Shown piece by piece: positions 25,162 to 32,000 of a DNA stretch of 32,000 nucleotides (positions within the stretch are counted from its first letter, which is position 1; each line of letters starts with the position of its first letter). This DNA comes from Patescibacteria group bacterium (GTDB lineage: Bacteria; Patescibacteriota; Minisyncoccia; UBA6257; HR35): contig JAUQQN010000001.1 of NCBI GenBank assembly GCA_030549845.1, positions 30,001 to 62,000 on the forward strand, in the 5' to 3' direction. The position numbers and the translations under genes are program-made. The notes beneath the pieces were generated by a model. It was not told where the DNA came from and searched no databases. It saw nothing but the letters and a program-made list of their open reading frames with translations.

Positions 25162-25362
25162 TTACTTTATTTTTTTCTCTTGATATCTAAGTGAGTTTAC
25201 ATCAGCAATGTCGTCTATAGTTGTAATTAATTCACCACTGTTCATATCTACAATAATATTATCTATTCCATTAAAATAATCATTATATTCAGCACTTCTT
25301 AAACATAAAAACTCTCTTTCAATTAAGTATTTATTTAAAATAAAAGTTTTAAAAATTTCCAA
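25162..25362 (-). pseudogene. Hypothetical ORF fragment, probably part of the same decayed gene
   Basis: The frame is open upstream of the Met to about 25437. More stop-interrupted pieces lie further upstream. Confidence 0.3.
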
Positions 25363-25563
25363 GGCTTCACCAGAAGATAATATAGATTTTTTCTCATTTA
25401 TTCTTAATTCATCAATAATAGGAATTTCAGGAAATCTTTATTCAATTTGTTTATGGATTTTTTTTATAATATTTCTTAATCTTTCAGTCCTATTTCTTTT
25501 TCTTCTCTTTCACTTTTTCTTAATACATAAAATTCAGGATTATATTTATATATAGAATAAATC

Positions 25564-25995
25564 TTATAAAATCATTAAAATCGCTCCAATAGTTATTAAT
25601 ATTGCTCCCAATAATTTGTAAAAAGTTAATTTTTCCGCTAAGAATAAAACACTAAAAATTAAAACAAAGACAACGCTTAACCTATCTAAAGCAGCAACTC
25701 CTGATGCTGGGCCAAGTTGTAAAGCCAAAAAATAAAATAACCAAGATAAAGCTCCAGAAATTCCGGCCAAAATTATAAAACCTAAAGCTTTTGAATCAAT
25801 TGTTGTTATAAGCTGGTATTTCCCTAGCGCAAAAGATACAAGAATCAAAAATAAAGCCATTATAATAGCCCTTACAGTTGTTGCCAAGGTTGAATCAATA
25901 TTAGAAACTCCAATTTTCCCAAAGATTGCTACCAAAGCTGCAGAAATTGCTGAAAGTAAAGCAAAAATTACCCAGCTCATTTTGATTCCTCCCAT
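25564..25995 (-). CDS. EamA-family (DMT superfamily) small transporter
   Basis: 143 aa with 4-5 TM helices. WVIFALLSAISAALVAIFGKIGV...ATTVRAIIMALFL is typical of single-EamA-domain proteins. Confidence 0.78.
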   Translation of the reverse strand: MGGIKMSWVIFALLSAISAALVAIFGKIGVSNIDSTLATTVRAIIMALFLILVSFALGKYQLITTIDSKALGFIILAGISGALSWLFYFLALQLGPASGVAALDRLSVVFVLIFSVLFLAEKLTFYKLLGAILITIGAILMIL

Positions 25996-26291
25996 TTTTC
26001 TGCATTTTCTAAAATATCTCCTTCTTTAAATAAGATTGCCTTTAATACCTCCCTCCATTTAGGCAATTTTCTTGTTAACCATTCCAAATCGATAGCAAAG
26101 TGTTCAAACTCTTCTGCTTGTGCATGCTCTAAAATTTTTTTTACCTCTGAATCTTTGGTAACAGAAATTCTTTGCTGATACCAATTAATCGCTTCAGCTT
26201 CTTCAATTAATGATGCCATTACTCTTGCAAAATCTTTTGTTTCTTCATTTAATTCTTCTGGTGATTCGTGGTATTGACTAAATCCTGCCAT
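25977..26291 (-). CDS. EncFtn-type (encapsulated-ferritin family) ferritin-like protein
   Basis: HESPEELNEETKDFARVMASLIEEAEAINWYQQRISVTKDSEVKKILEHAQAEEFEHFAIDLEWLTRKLPKW aligns with my recollection of EncFtn (HEPLE.L.EET...EE.EA.DWY.QR...D.EL..IL.H..DEE.EH...LEWLRR), including the di-iron E / ExxH positions. Confidence 0.82.
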   Translation of the reverse strand: MAGFSQYHESPEELNEETKDFARVMASLIEEAEAINWYQQRISVTKDSEVKKILEHAQAEEFEHFAIDLEWLTRKLPKWREVLKAILFKEGDILENAEKWEESK

Positions 26292-26507
26292 TTTTATTTT
26301 TATTAATTAATTATTGACCTTGTTGTAATTTTTAAACTAAATAATGTAAGAAATAAGAAACATAAAAATTATAACAAAAAATTAACCCAGAAATATACTA
26401 GCAAAAGCAAATTGATCTTATTGAAAAACCTTAAAAATAAAGCAAAAATTGTTGCTACTTTTAAAAGATAAAACAACAAAATTTAAAATAGAAGTAAAAA
26501 ATAAATT

Positions 26508-26540
26508 TAATAAAAAGGCCAGCGCCTTAAAGCACTGGCC
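26508..26540 (-). terminator. Rho-independent terminator of 26568-26990
   Basis: On the minus strand the hairpin GGCCAGTGC-TTTAAG-GCGCTGGCC (9-bp stem with one mismatch) is followed by TTTTTATTAAATTT, about 27 nt after the stop codon. Confidence 0.65.
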
Positions 26541-26567
26541 TTCGACCGTCAAAAATTTATTAATTTA

Positions 26568-26990
26568 TTATTGTGAAGTGGAGGTTGATGTAGTTGATGT
26601 TGTAACTGGTGTTGATGTAGGTATCATTAATTGTCTACATTCTGCTTTAATTCTTCTCAATTCTTGATTAAACCATTTGTTCATTTCTTTTATTTCTTGA
26701 TTATAGGTTCTCCTCATCTCTCTTTTTGCCTCAGTAGTTGTTGCATTTTTATATCCTTCTTTAAATTTGCTTAAAGCTTGTTTTTTTCTATTCTGCATTT
26801 CCCTTGTTAGCGCTCTTACCTTTTCACCAACACACGTATTATAAGCTTTATTTTTCTGTAAAAAAGAAGGAGTTGATGTTGTTGAAGTTGCTCTACGATG
26901 AAACATAAATTTTGACCTTTCAGTAGCAGCAAAAGTTAATTGTGTAATTAAGAAAATAACTAAGGCTATAAAGATAAAATATTTTTTCAT
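26568..26990 (-). CDS. Secreted hypothetical protein with Ser/Thr-rich ends and a charged helical core
   Basis: It has a signal peptide, MKKYFIFIALVIFLITQLTFA. The termini carry TSTTSTPS and TSTPVTTSTTSTSTSQ tracts. A good terminator lies downstream. Confidence 0.6.
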   Translation of the reverse strand: MKKYFIFIALVIFLITQLTFAATERSKFMFHRRATSTTSTPSFLQKNKAYNTCVGEKVRALTREMQNRKKQALSKFKEGYKNATTTEAKREMRRTYNQEIKEMNKWFNQELRRIKAECRQLMIPTSTPVTTSTTSTSTSQ

Positions 26991-27050
26991 CTTTAATTAT
27001 TAATATTTTTAATTTTGACCTTATCAATAATTATCCTGTTAATTACCCTA

Positions 27051-27365
27051 TTAATAGACTAAAGGAGGCGAACGAGTATAAAGTTTATTTGTAAAATTAG
27101 CTGGTCGTATAATTTCAAAGGTGATAGATAATTTATTAAAATAATTTTTAAAAATAATAAGGATGATCAAAAATAAATTAACTAAAAGGAGAATTGCATA
27201 AATTAGGTTATTTTCAGGAAAAATAAATTCTAAAATATCATAGTTATCAGGATCAAGAATAAAAATTAAATTTAAATCTGGATCCAAATAGTTATTATAA
27301 AGAAGAACAGGAAGGCTAATAATTAATGATATTAACAAAAATAAAAATAATAAATATTTTTTCAT
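27051..27365 (-). CDS. Small hypothetical membrane protein
   Basis: 104 aa with two hydrophobic helices. No motif recognised. Confidence 0.4.
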   Translation of the reverse strand: MKKYLLFLFLLISLIISLPVLLYNNYLDPDLNLIFILDPDNYDILEFIFPENNLIYAILLLVNLFLIILIIFKNYFNKLSITFEIIRPANFTNKLYTRSPPLVY

Positions 27366-27407
27366 TATTATAATAATTATAGCATAGATAGTATAAAATT
27401 TAAAAAT

Positions 27408-27583
27408 ATCAGCTTTACTTCATACAACTTGCGCTTTAATTACACTATTTTTCTTAACTTATTGGTACTTCTTTAATCCTTCCTTTTGAAAATAAAAATT
27501 TAATTTTAGGAACTTGGCAAAGGGTGGTTTTAGTTGAATTTAATGGACCACGAGAAAGAGAGATTTATATTAGAATTATTTAA
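27408..27583 (+). pseudogene. Degraded partial copy of the yjbQ-family gene at 31113-31502
   Basis: 27414-27450 matches 31226-31258, and 27462-27583 matches 31380-31502 almost base for base, through the TAA stop. About 110 nt between these blocks are missing and the frame is shifted. There is no 5' part and no start codon. Confidence 0.8.
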
Positions 27584-28295
27584 TCTCATAAGTGAGAGTC
27601 ACTAAAATTTTTATTTCTTGGGAGCCGGTTTCAATTTGAGGAGTCCCAATTCCTCCTTGCTCTCCTGCACCTATTCCTTTTGGAAAAATTGCATAAGGCA
27701 GTAATCCAGATGATTCTGTTATATTTACAATTTTGCCAAGTCTAAAGCCTGCTGTTTTAGCAATTTTTTCTGCTTTTTCTTTTGCCTCTTTGATTGCTTT
27801 TTCTCTTGCTTTATCTAAATAGATTTTTTCATCATCAATTGTAAAATTAGGACCATAAATATTATTAGCACCATTTTGAACTGCTCCACTTAAAATTTCT
27901 CCGATTTTCCTTAAATCTCTAATCTTTACAGAAAAACTTTGATTAATTGTATAACCAACTATTTCTGCCACTTGACCATATTTATATTTGGGTGTAATTG
28001 AATAATTTTCTGTACTTATATCTTTCTCTTCAATACCTTGACTTTTTAAAAAATTTATTACTTTATTAAATTTCTCACTATTTTCTTTTTGGAGTTCAAT
28101 TAAATCTTTCCCTTCACTAATTAAACCAATTCTTATTTCAGCAATATTTGGAATAACAATTTCTTTTCCCTCACCCGAAACAGAAAAAGTTCTTTGAGGC
28201 GTGATTGTTTTTGAATATTCATAAACAAACCAAAATACTGCGGTGACAAGAAGGAAAATTCCAATAATTATTGAATTTCTTAGTGCTTTGTCCAT
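27576..28295 (-). CDS. SIMPL-domain (DUF541) protein, membrane-anchored
   Basis: It has a signal anchor. FSVSGEGKEIVIPNIAEIRIGL ... ENYSITPKY ... GYTINQSFSVKIRDL fits the DUF541/SIMPL pattern. Confidence 0.82.
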   Translation of the reverse strand: MDKALRNSIIIGIFLLVTAVFWFVYEYSKTITPQRTFSVSGEGKEIVIPNIAEIRIGLISEGKDLIELQKENSEKFNKVINFLKSQGIEEKDISTENYSITPKYKYGQVAEIVGYTINQSFSVKIRDLRKIGEILSGAVQNGANNIYGPNFTIDDEKIYLDKAREKAIKEAKEKAEKIAKTAGFRLGKIVNITESSGLLPYAIFPKGIGAGEQGGIGTPQIETGSQEIKILVTLTYEIK

Positions 28296-28359
28296 TTATA
28301 TAAAAATTTTAATCTCGGCCAAAGTTATAATTTTTCTTCTAACTTTTTATGAATTTTAT

Positions 28360-28746
28360 CTATTTTTTAACAATTAAAGACGAATGATGATGTAAAATCT
28401 CCCAATTATTGTTTTTATGCCAAACAAATGTAAACTTAGCATCTACTTTTTTCTTCTTATTTTTGTTTTGAATTTCAAATTGATATAAACCGCAATGAAT
28501 ATAACAAATCTCTGAAATAATTTTGGTTTTTTCCTCAACAATATTAACTTTAGGTTTTTTCTTTATAAATTCTTCAAAATACCTTTGAATTTCTTTTCTT
28601 CCAATTCTTATTTTTTTATCAAATGTAGGAAGTAATATAGCATTTTTAGAATATAGATTTAAAATCTCATTAATATTTTGGTTTTCTAATGCCTTTTTCC
28701 ATTTATTAAAATTTTCTTTTGCAATATTTTTCATTTTTAAATTCAA
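28360..28746 (-). CDS. NTF2-like fold protein (DUF4440 / SgcJ-EcaC-like)
   Basis: 128 aa. W.KALENQNINEILNLYSKNAILLPTF...GRKEIQRYFEEF...FTFVW...WEILHHHSS matches the DUF4440/CaMKII-association-domain-like layout. Confidence 0.65.
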   Translation of the reverse strand: MNLKMKNIAKENFNKWKKALENQNINEILNLYSKNAILLPTFDKKIRIGRKEIQRYFEEFIKKKPKVNIVEEKTKIISEICYIHCGLYQFEIQNKNKKKKVDAKFTFVWHKNNNWEILHHHSSLIVKK

Positions 28747-28786
28747 GTCTATCTAATTTAAAAACGACCTTTTGTTGTTATAATAT

Positions 28787-30970
28787 TTATTCTTCTAAAG
28801 AAAGCTCTTTTATGGCTTCGAAGTTTTTTTCGTCTAAAACTATAATTTTATTTTCGCTTATTACATAAAGATAATCATTGATATAAATAGCCCTTTTAAC
28901 ACTATAGTTTGATATTGATTTTACCAAATTTAACTTATCATCTTTATACGAAAAAATATAGCCACCATTACTTGCAGGCAAGAAAAATATTTGATGTTTG
29001 TCATCAAGTAAGAAAGCATGAAAGTTATTTAAAACTTCGCTCCAATATTCACTTAATACATATTTGTCTTTCTCGATTGGATTTTCAGGATTTGATACAT
29101 CAAAAAGAGAAATTTTTACTTCTTGTCCATCTTTACCTATTCCTAAGATTTTGTCTTTTGTAATTGGATGCAAATATGATGACCAACCTGGAATTTTTAA
29201 TTCTCCTTTCAAAACAGGATTTTGTGGGTTACTTAGATCTAAAACATAAAATGGATCAGTTTCTCTAAATGTTACTACGTATCCCTTATCTTCTATAAAT
29301 CTAACTGAATATATTCTTTCGCCCTTTCCTAAATCTAAAACATAACTTAAGACTTTTAAGTTTTTATCTAAAATATAAACATCATTTACGCTTTCTCTAC
29401 TTCCAATGAATAGTCCCATCTCCCAAAATCTTTCTCCTATAGTTACTGCTATCCTCAAATTATCGTTATATTCATCTAAAGAAAACTGATTAAGCGGATA
29501 ACCAGGAACTTCGCCTGTTGAATCTATTTCTAATGTGTCATTATTTATTTTAACTATTATTGTTTTTTCAAATTTTCTTTTATTTAAAGAATAATATTTC
29601 TTAAATCTATTTATAATCTCATTTTGAATTCTTAAAACCTCATCTGAATTGAGTGTTTTAGAGTAATTTTCTAATATAAATTCAATTTCATTTAATTTTG
29701 AATAACTGCTTATTTCATAATTTTTTAATTGAGATAATTTTTTAATAACCGAAGAAGGCAACAAATCTGATAATTGGGTGAAGAAATCAATAATCAAGTT
29801 AGGGGTTTCTTCATTATAGCTGTAAGTTAAATAAATATTTTTATAAGACATATAAAAAACCGAATCTTGAGTAGAACCCAAGAAAGAAACTTGTTTTTCA
29901 ATTTCACCATTTTTAGGATTAATCACTGAAACAACAAATAATGCATTTGTTGGGAATAAAATATTAGGATGATAAATTTCTTTGCAGTTTAAAATTATTT
30001 CTTTATTATTTAACAAAAATAATTTTATCGGACAAGCTTCATTAATTTCTATAAATCTTTTTGTTGCTAAATAAATTTTATTTTTAAACAATCGAGCTGT
30101 TATTATTGAGGTATTTTCTAGGCTAATGTTCCATTTTTCTTTAGGATTTTGAGGTTCAGAAATATCATAACCATAGATTTTGTTTAAATTTTTATCGAAT
30201 ATTATTAAAATTTTTTCATCTTTCAAAAGCAATAAATCTCCAGCTTTATCAATTTTAGAAAGAACCCTTAAATTCTCAACAGGAAAGGCATTTATTAGTA
30301 ACAATAATGATTCTATTTCATAATATGGAGATATAAAATTACTTTCTTTTGGAGGCCTTGAAATTACATAACGAGGCTCTTTTGAAAAATAAATATTATA
30401 ACCATCAGTTTTTACTATATCAGGCTCATCAATTCCCTTAATTTGAACTGTAGTTTCTGAAACTCTTTCGGGGCTTGGTGTTAAAGAAGTAGCCTCAGGC
30501 ATTTCTAGTATCATACCTTTGGATATTCCCAGCCCTTTTAGTTCTCTATCTTTATTTGCTAATAATAAATAATTCATAAAATCTTTTTCAGATTTAAATC
30601 TTTCAAATTTTATTTTTGAAGTTTTAGAAGGTAAAAGTGTAACAAGTTCTTTTAATTTTTTAATCCCTAATTGCCCAATACTATATCCACTTACATTACC
30701 ATACCAAAGTTTATAAAATTCTTTAACTGCTTCTATTGTTTGCTTTCCATAATAACCTGTAGCGCCAGAAGGAATATTGATTCCTATCTTAATTAAACAT
30801 AATTGCAAATTTTTTACATAATAGCCAGATTGTTTATATTTAATCGGAATTAATTTTTGTGGGTTGCAGTCACTTATTTTTTGCGCAAAGCTTATATTTG
30901 TAAATCCAAAAATTATGAGAAATAACAAAAAAGAAATCAATATTACTTTTTTAATTTTTAACAAGTACAT
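28787..30970 (-). CDS. Secreted beta-propeller domain protein (PF09826-like) with an N-terminal peptidoglycan-binding-like repeat
   Basis: It has a signal peptide. VKNLQLCLIKIGINIPSGATGYYGKQTIEAVKEF resembles PG_binding_1. The C-terminal half reads GERIYSVRF..DKGYVVTFRETDPFYVLDLSNPQNPVLKGELKIPGWSSYLHPI...ISLFDVSNPENP, typical of that beta-propeller family. Confidence 0.78.
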   Translation of the reverse strand: MYLLKIKKVILISFLLFLIIFGFTNISFAQKISDCNPQKLIPIKYKQSGYYVKNLQLCLIKIGINIPSGATGYYGKQTIEAVKEFYKLWYGNVSGYSIGQLGIKKLKELVTLLPSKTSKIKFERFKSEKDFMNYLLLANKDRELKGLGISKGMILEMPEATSLTPSPERVSETTVQIKGIDEPDIVKTDGYNIYFSKEPRYVISRPPKESNFISPYYEIESLLLLINAFPVENLRVLSKIDKAGDLLLLKDEKILIIFDKNLNKIYGYDISEPQNPKEKWNISLENTSIITARLFKNKIYLATKRFIEINEACPIKLFLLNNKEIILNCKEIYHPNILFPTNALFVVSVINPKNGEIEKQVSFLGSTQDSVFYMSYKNIYLTYSYNEETPNLIIDFFTQLSDLLPSSVIKKLSQLKNYEISSYSKLNEIEFILENYSKTLNSDEVLRIQNEIINRFKKYYSLNKRKFEKTIIVKINNDTLEIDSTGEVPGYPLNQFSLDEYNDNLRIAVTIGERFWEMGLFIGSRESVNDVYILDKNLKVLSYVLDLGKGERIYSVRFIEDKGYVVTFRETDPFYVLDLSNPQNPVLKGELKIPGWSSYLHPITKDKILGIGKDGQEVKISLFDVSNPENPIEKDKYVLSEYWSEVLNNFHAFLLDDKHQIFFLPASNGGYIFSYKDDKLNLVKSISNYSVKRAIYINDYLYVISENKIIVLDEKNFEAIKELSLEE

Positions 30971-31112
30971 TTTTGTTTATTAACATAATATTTAATTTAA
31001 TACCCGACTGTTTCAAGACTTAATTATAACTTAAAATTTAAATCTACTTAAAGTATGTATTATCGAAAGCTGGATTTTAATTGTTTAAAATTATAATAAA
31101 GTTATTCAAAAA

Positions 31113-31502
31113 ATGAAGATTTTGAAAATAAAAACAAATAAAGAAAAACAAATTTTAGACATAACGGGGGAGATTAATAAATTATTACAAAATCAAAACA
31201 AAAATGAAGGCTTGATTTATCTTTTTTTACTTCATACAACCTGTGCTTTAACTACTGCTGATCTAGATCCAGGGGCAGATTTAGATTATTTAAATGCTTT
31301 TGAAAAAATTGCTCCTAAATTAAAATATCGTCATCCACATAACCCAGCGCATTTTCCTGATCATTTTCTTTCTTCAGTTGTTGGTACTTCTTTAATTCTT
31401 CCTTTTGAAAATAAAAATTTAATTTTAGGAACTTGGCAAAGGGTGGTTTTAGTTGAATTTAATGGACCAAGAGAAAGAGAGATTTATATTAGAATTATTT
31501 AA
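31113..31502 (+). CDS. yjbQ: YjbQ/UPF0047 family protein (secondary thiamine-phosphate synthase-like)
   Basis: HTTCALTTADLDPGADLDYL...YRHPHNPAHFPDHFLSSVVGTSLILPFENKNLILGTWQRVVLVEFNGPREREIYIRI matches the UPF0047 signature (HTTa...E..dp...D...H.......AH....l.G.S..iP...g.L.LGTWQ.i...E.dg.r.R). Confidence 0.88.
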   Translation: MKILKIKTNKEKQILDITGEINKLLQNQNKNEGLIYLFLLHTTCALTTADLDPGADLDYLNAFEKIAPKLKYRHPHNPAHFPDHFLSSVVGTSLILPFENKNLILGTWQRVVLVEFNGPREREIYIRII

Positions 31503-32000
31503 TGAAAAAAGGTAATAAATTACTTGTATTTTTATCCTTAATTTTGGTGATTTTTATAATAATTTATTTTGCTAAAGAGATAAATAAAACGCCATCTAAA
31601 CCACTAATTAAAAATTTAGAAAAATCTCAAAATATTGAAAAAATAAAAGAAAGAAAATTAGATTGGGCTTTATTATTACCCGAAATAAAAGAAATAATTT
31701 CGCAAAGTTTAAAAATTCCATCTTCGACTTTAGAAGTAACAATTCATCAAGAAATTGATCTAAATAATGATAAAGTAAATGAAGTTATTGTTGAAATATT
31801 AAACCCATATCATGGTGCAGTTGCCTTAGAACAGTATGCTATTTTTAAAATAGGAGAAAATAATAAACCAGAGTTTATTAAATTAAAAGAAAAAAGTGGT
31901 GAGATACAAGAAGCAATGTTTTCACAAGGTGAAGGTGGAGCAGGAAGATATGGATTTAATTTTGGATTTTTACCAGAAAAACAAATTATATATAGACAAG
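31502..32000 (+). CDS. Hypothetical membrane-anchored protein; the 3' end runs off the window
   Basis: Not in the ORF track because there is no stop in the window. The ATG overlaps the yjbQ stop (TAATG). Translation gives MKKGNKLLVFLSLILVIFIIIYFAKE... and the frame stays open to position 32000. Confidence 0.5.
   Translation, partial: MKKGNKLLVFLSLILVIFIIIYFAKEINKTPSKPLIKNLEKSQNIEKIKERKLDWALLLPEIKEIISQSLKIPSSTLEVTIHQEIDLNNDKVNEVIVEILNPYHGAVALEQYAIFKIGENNKPEFIKLKEKSGEIQEAMFSQGEGGAGRYGFNFGFLPEKQIIYRQ

Noticed and set aside
861-29249. Plus-strand ORFs from the track that lie wholly inside longer minus-strand genes: 861-1124, 3141-3332, 5032-5331, 6109-6444, 6885-7106, 7430-7654, 14721-14933, 17104-17292, 20047-20250, 26449-26667, 28909-29163 and 29064-29249. 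Also the minus-strand 2436-2618 inside the plus-strand gene 2025-3044.
   Set aside because: These are antisense shadow ORFs with low-complexity translations. Each overlaps a longer ORF that has clear family motifs or a coherent membrane or secreted architecture.
25977-31000. An encapsulin shell gene near the EncFtn-like gene.
   Set aside because: None of the neighbouring ORFs has the size or sequence character of an HK97-fold shell protein. The large 727-aa ORF is a secreted beta-propeller protein.
1-32000. tRNA, rRNA, tmRNA or other canonical RNA genes.
   Set aside because: I scanned the intergenic regions by eye for GC-rich cloverleaf-like segments or a GGTTCGAATCC-type T-arm and found none. 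The only strong GC hairpin (26517-26540) is explained as a terminator.
1-32000. Alternative genetic code (for example UGA recoding, as in some CPR lineages).
   Set aside because: Long uninterrupted ORFs with intact family motifs (762, 851 and 963 aa) are obtained with the standard table. There is no sign of genes systematically broken at one stop codon.

Overview
This is an AT-rich window, roughly 25-30% G+C by eye, and nearly all genes lie on the minus strand. The gene content (Gmad2 domain, PF09826-type beta-propeller, many small orphan membrane proteins) suggests a CPR/Patescibacteria-like or similarly reduced bacterium; that is inference only.

Gene order from left to right:
- Partial sfsA and an orphan polytopic membrane protein.
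- Two single-gene units bracketed by a recurring 23-bp palindrome: a 339-aa orphan, and a Ppx/GppA-like ASKHA domain fused to a nucleoside-deoxyribosyltransferase-like domain.
- A CsoR-controlled copper island: csoR, a Met/His-rich secreted protein, a Cys4-ribbon membrane protein, DUF411, a CxxC membrane protein and a CPH-type P1B ATPase.
- A DUF488 gene truncated exactly at a palindrome copy.
- A ~12.7 kb accessory/defence-type block: an HExxH orphan, a secreted Cys-rich protein, a SAM methyltransferase, a Cas4-like PD-(D/E)XK nuclease, a frameshifted NERD gene, and a four-gene Type III R-M-like operon (mod, two unknown genes, res).
- Gmad2, an MFS transporter, a decayed gene, an EamA transporter and an EncFtn-type ferritin-like protein.
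- Secreted and membrane orphans, then a 3.5 kb block lying between a degraded and an intact copy of a yjbQ-family gene.

I recognised no rRNA, tRNA, CRISPR array, transposase or integrase.

The most interesting observations:
- The mod-X-Y-res operon, whose two embedded genes look like a HEPN-like protein and a wHTH plus PD-(D/E)xK-like protein.
- The palindrome family TTTTCGTAATC-N-GATTACGAAAA, which brackets compositionally distinct single genes and marks a gene truncation.
- A GC-rich 38-bp element inserted in two different reading frames in two neighbouring genes.

All functional calls come from motif recognition by eye. No searches were run.
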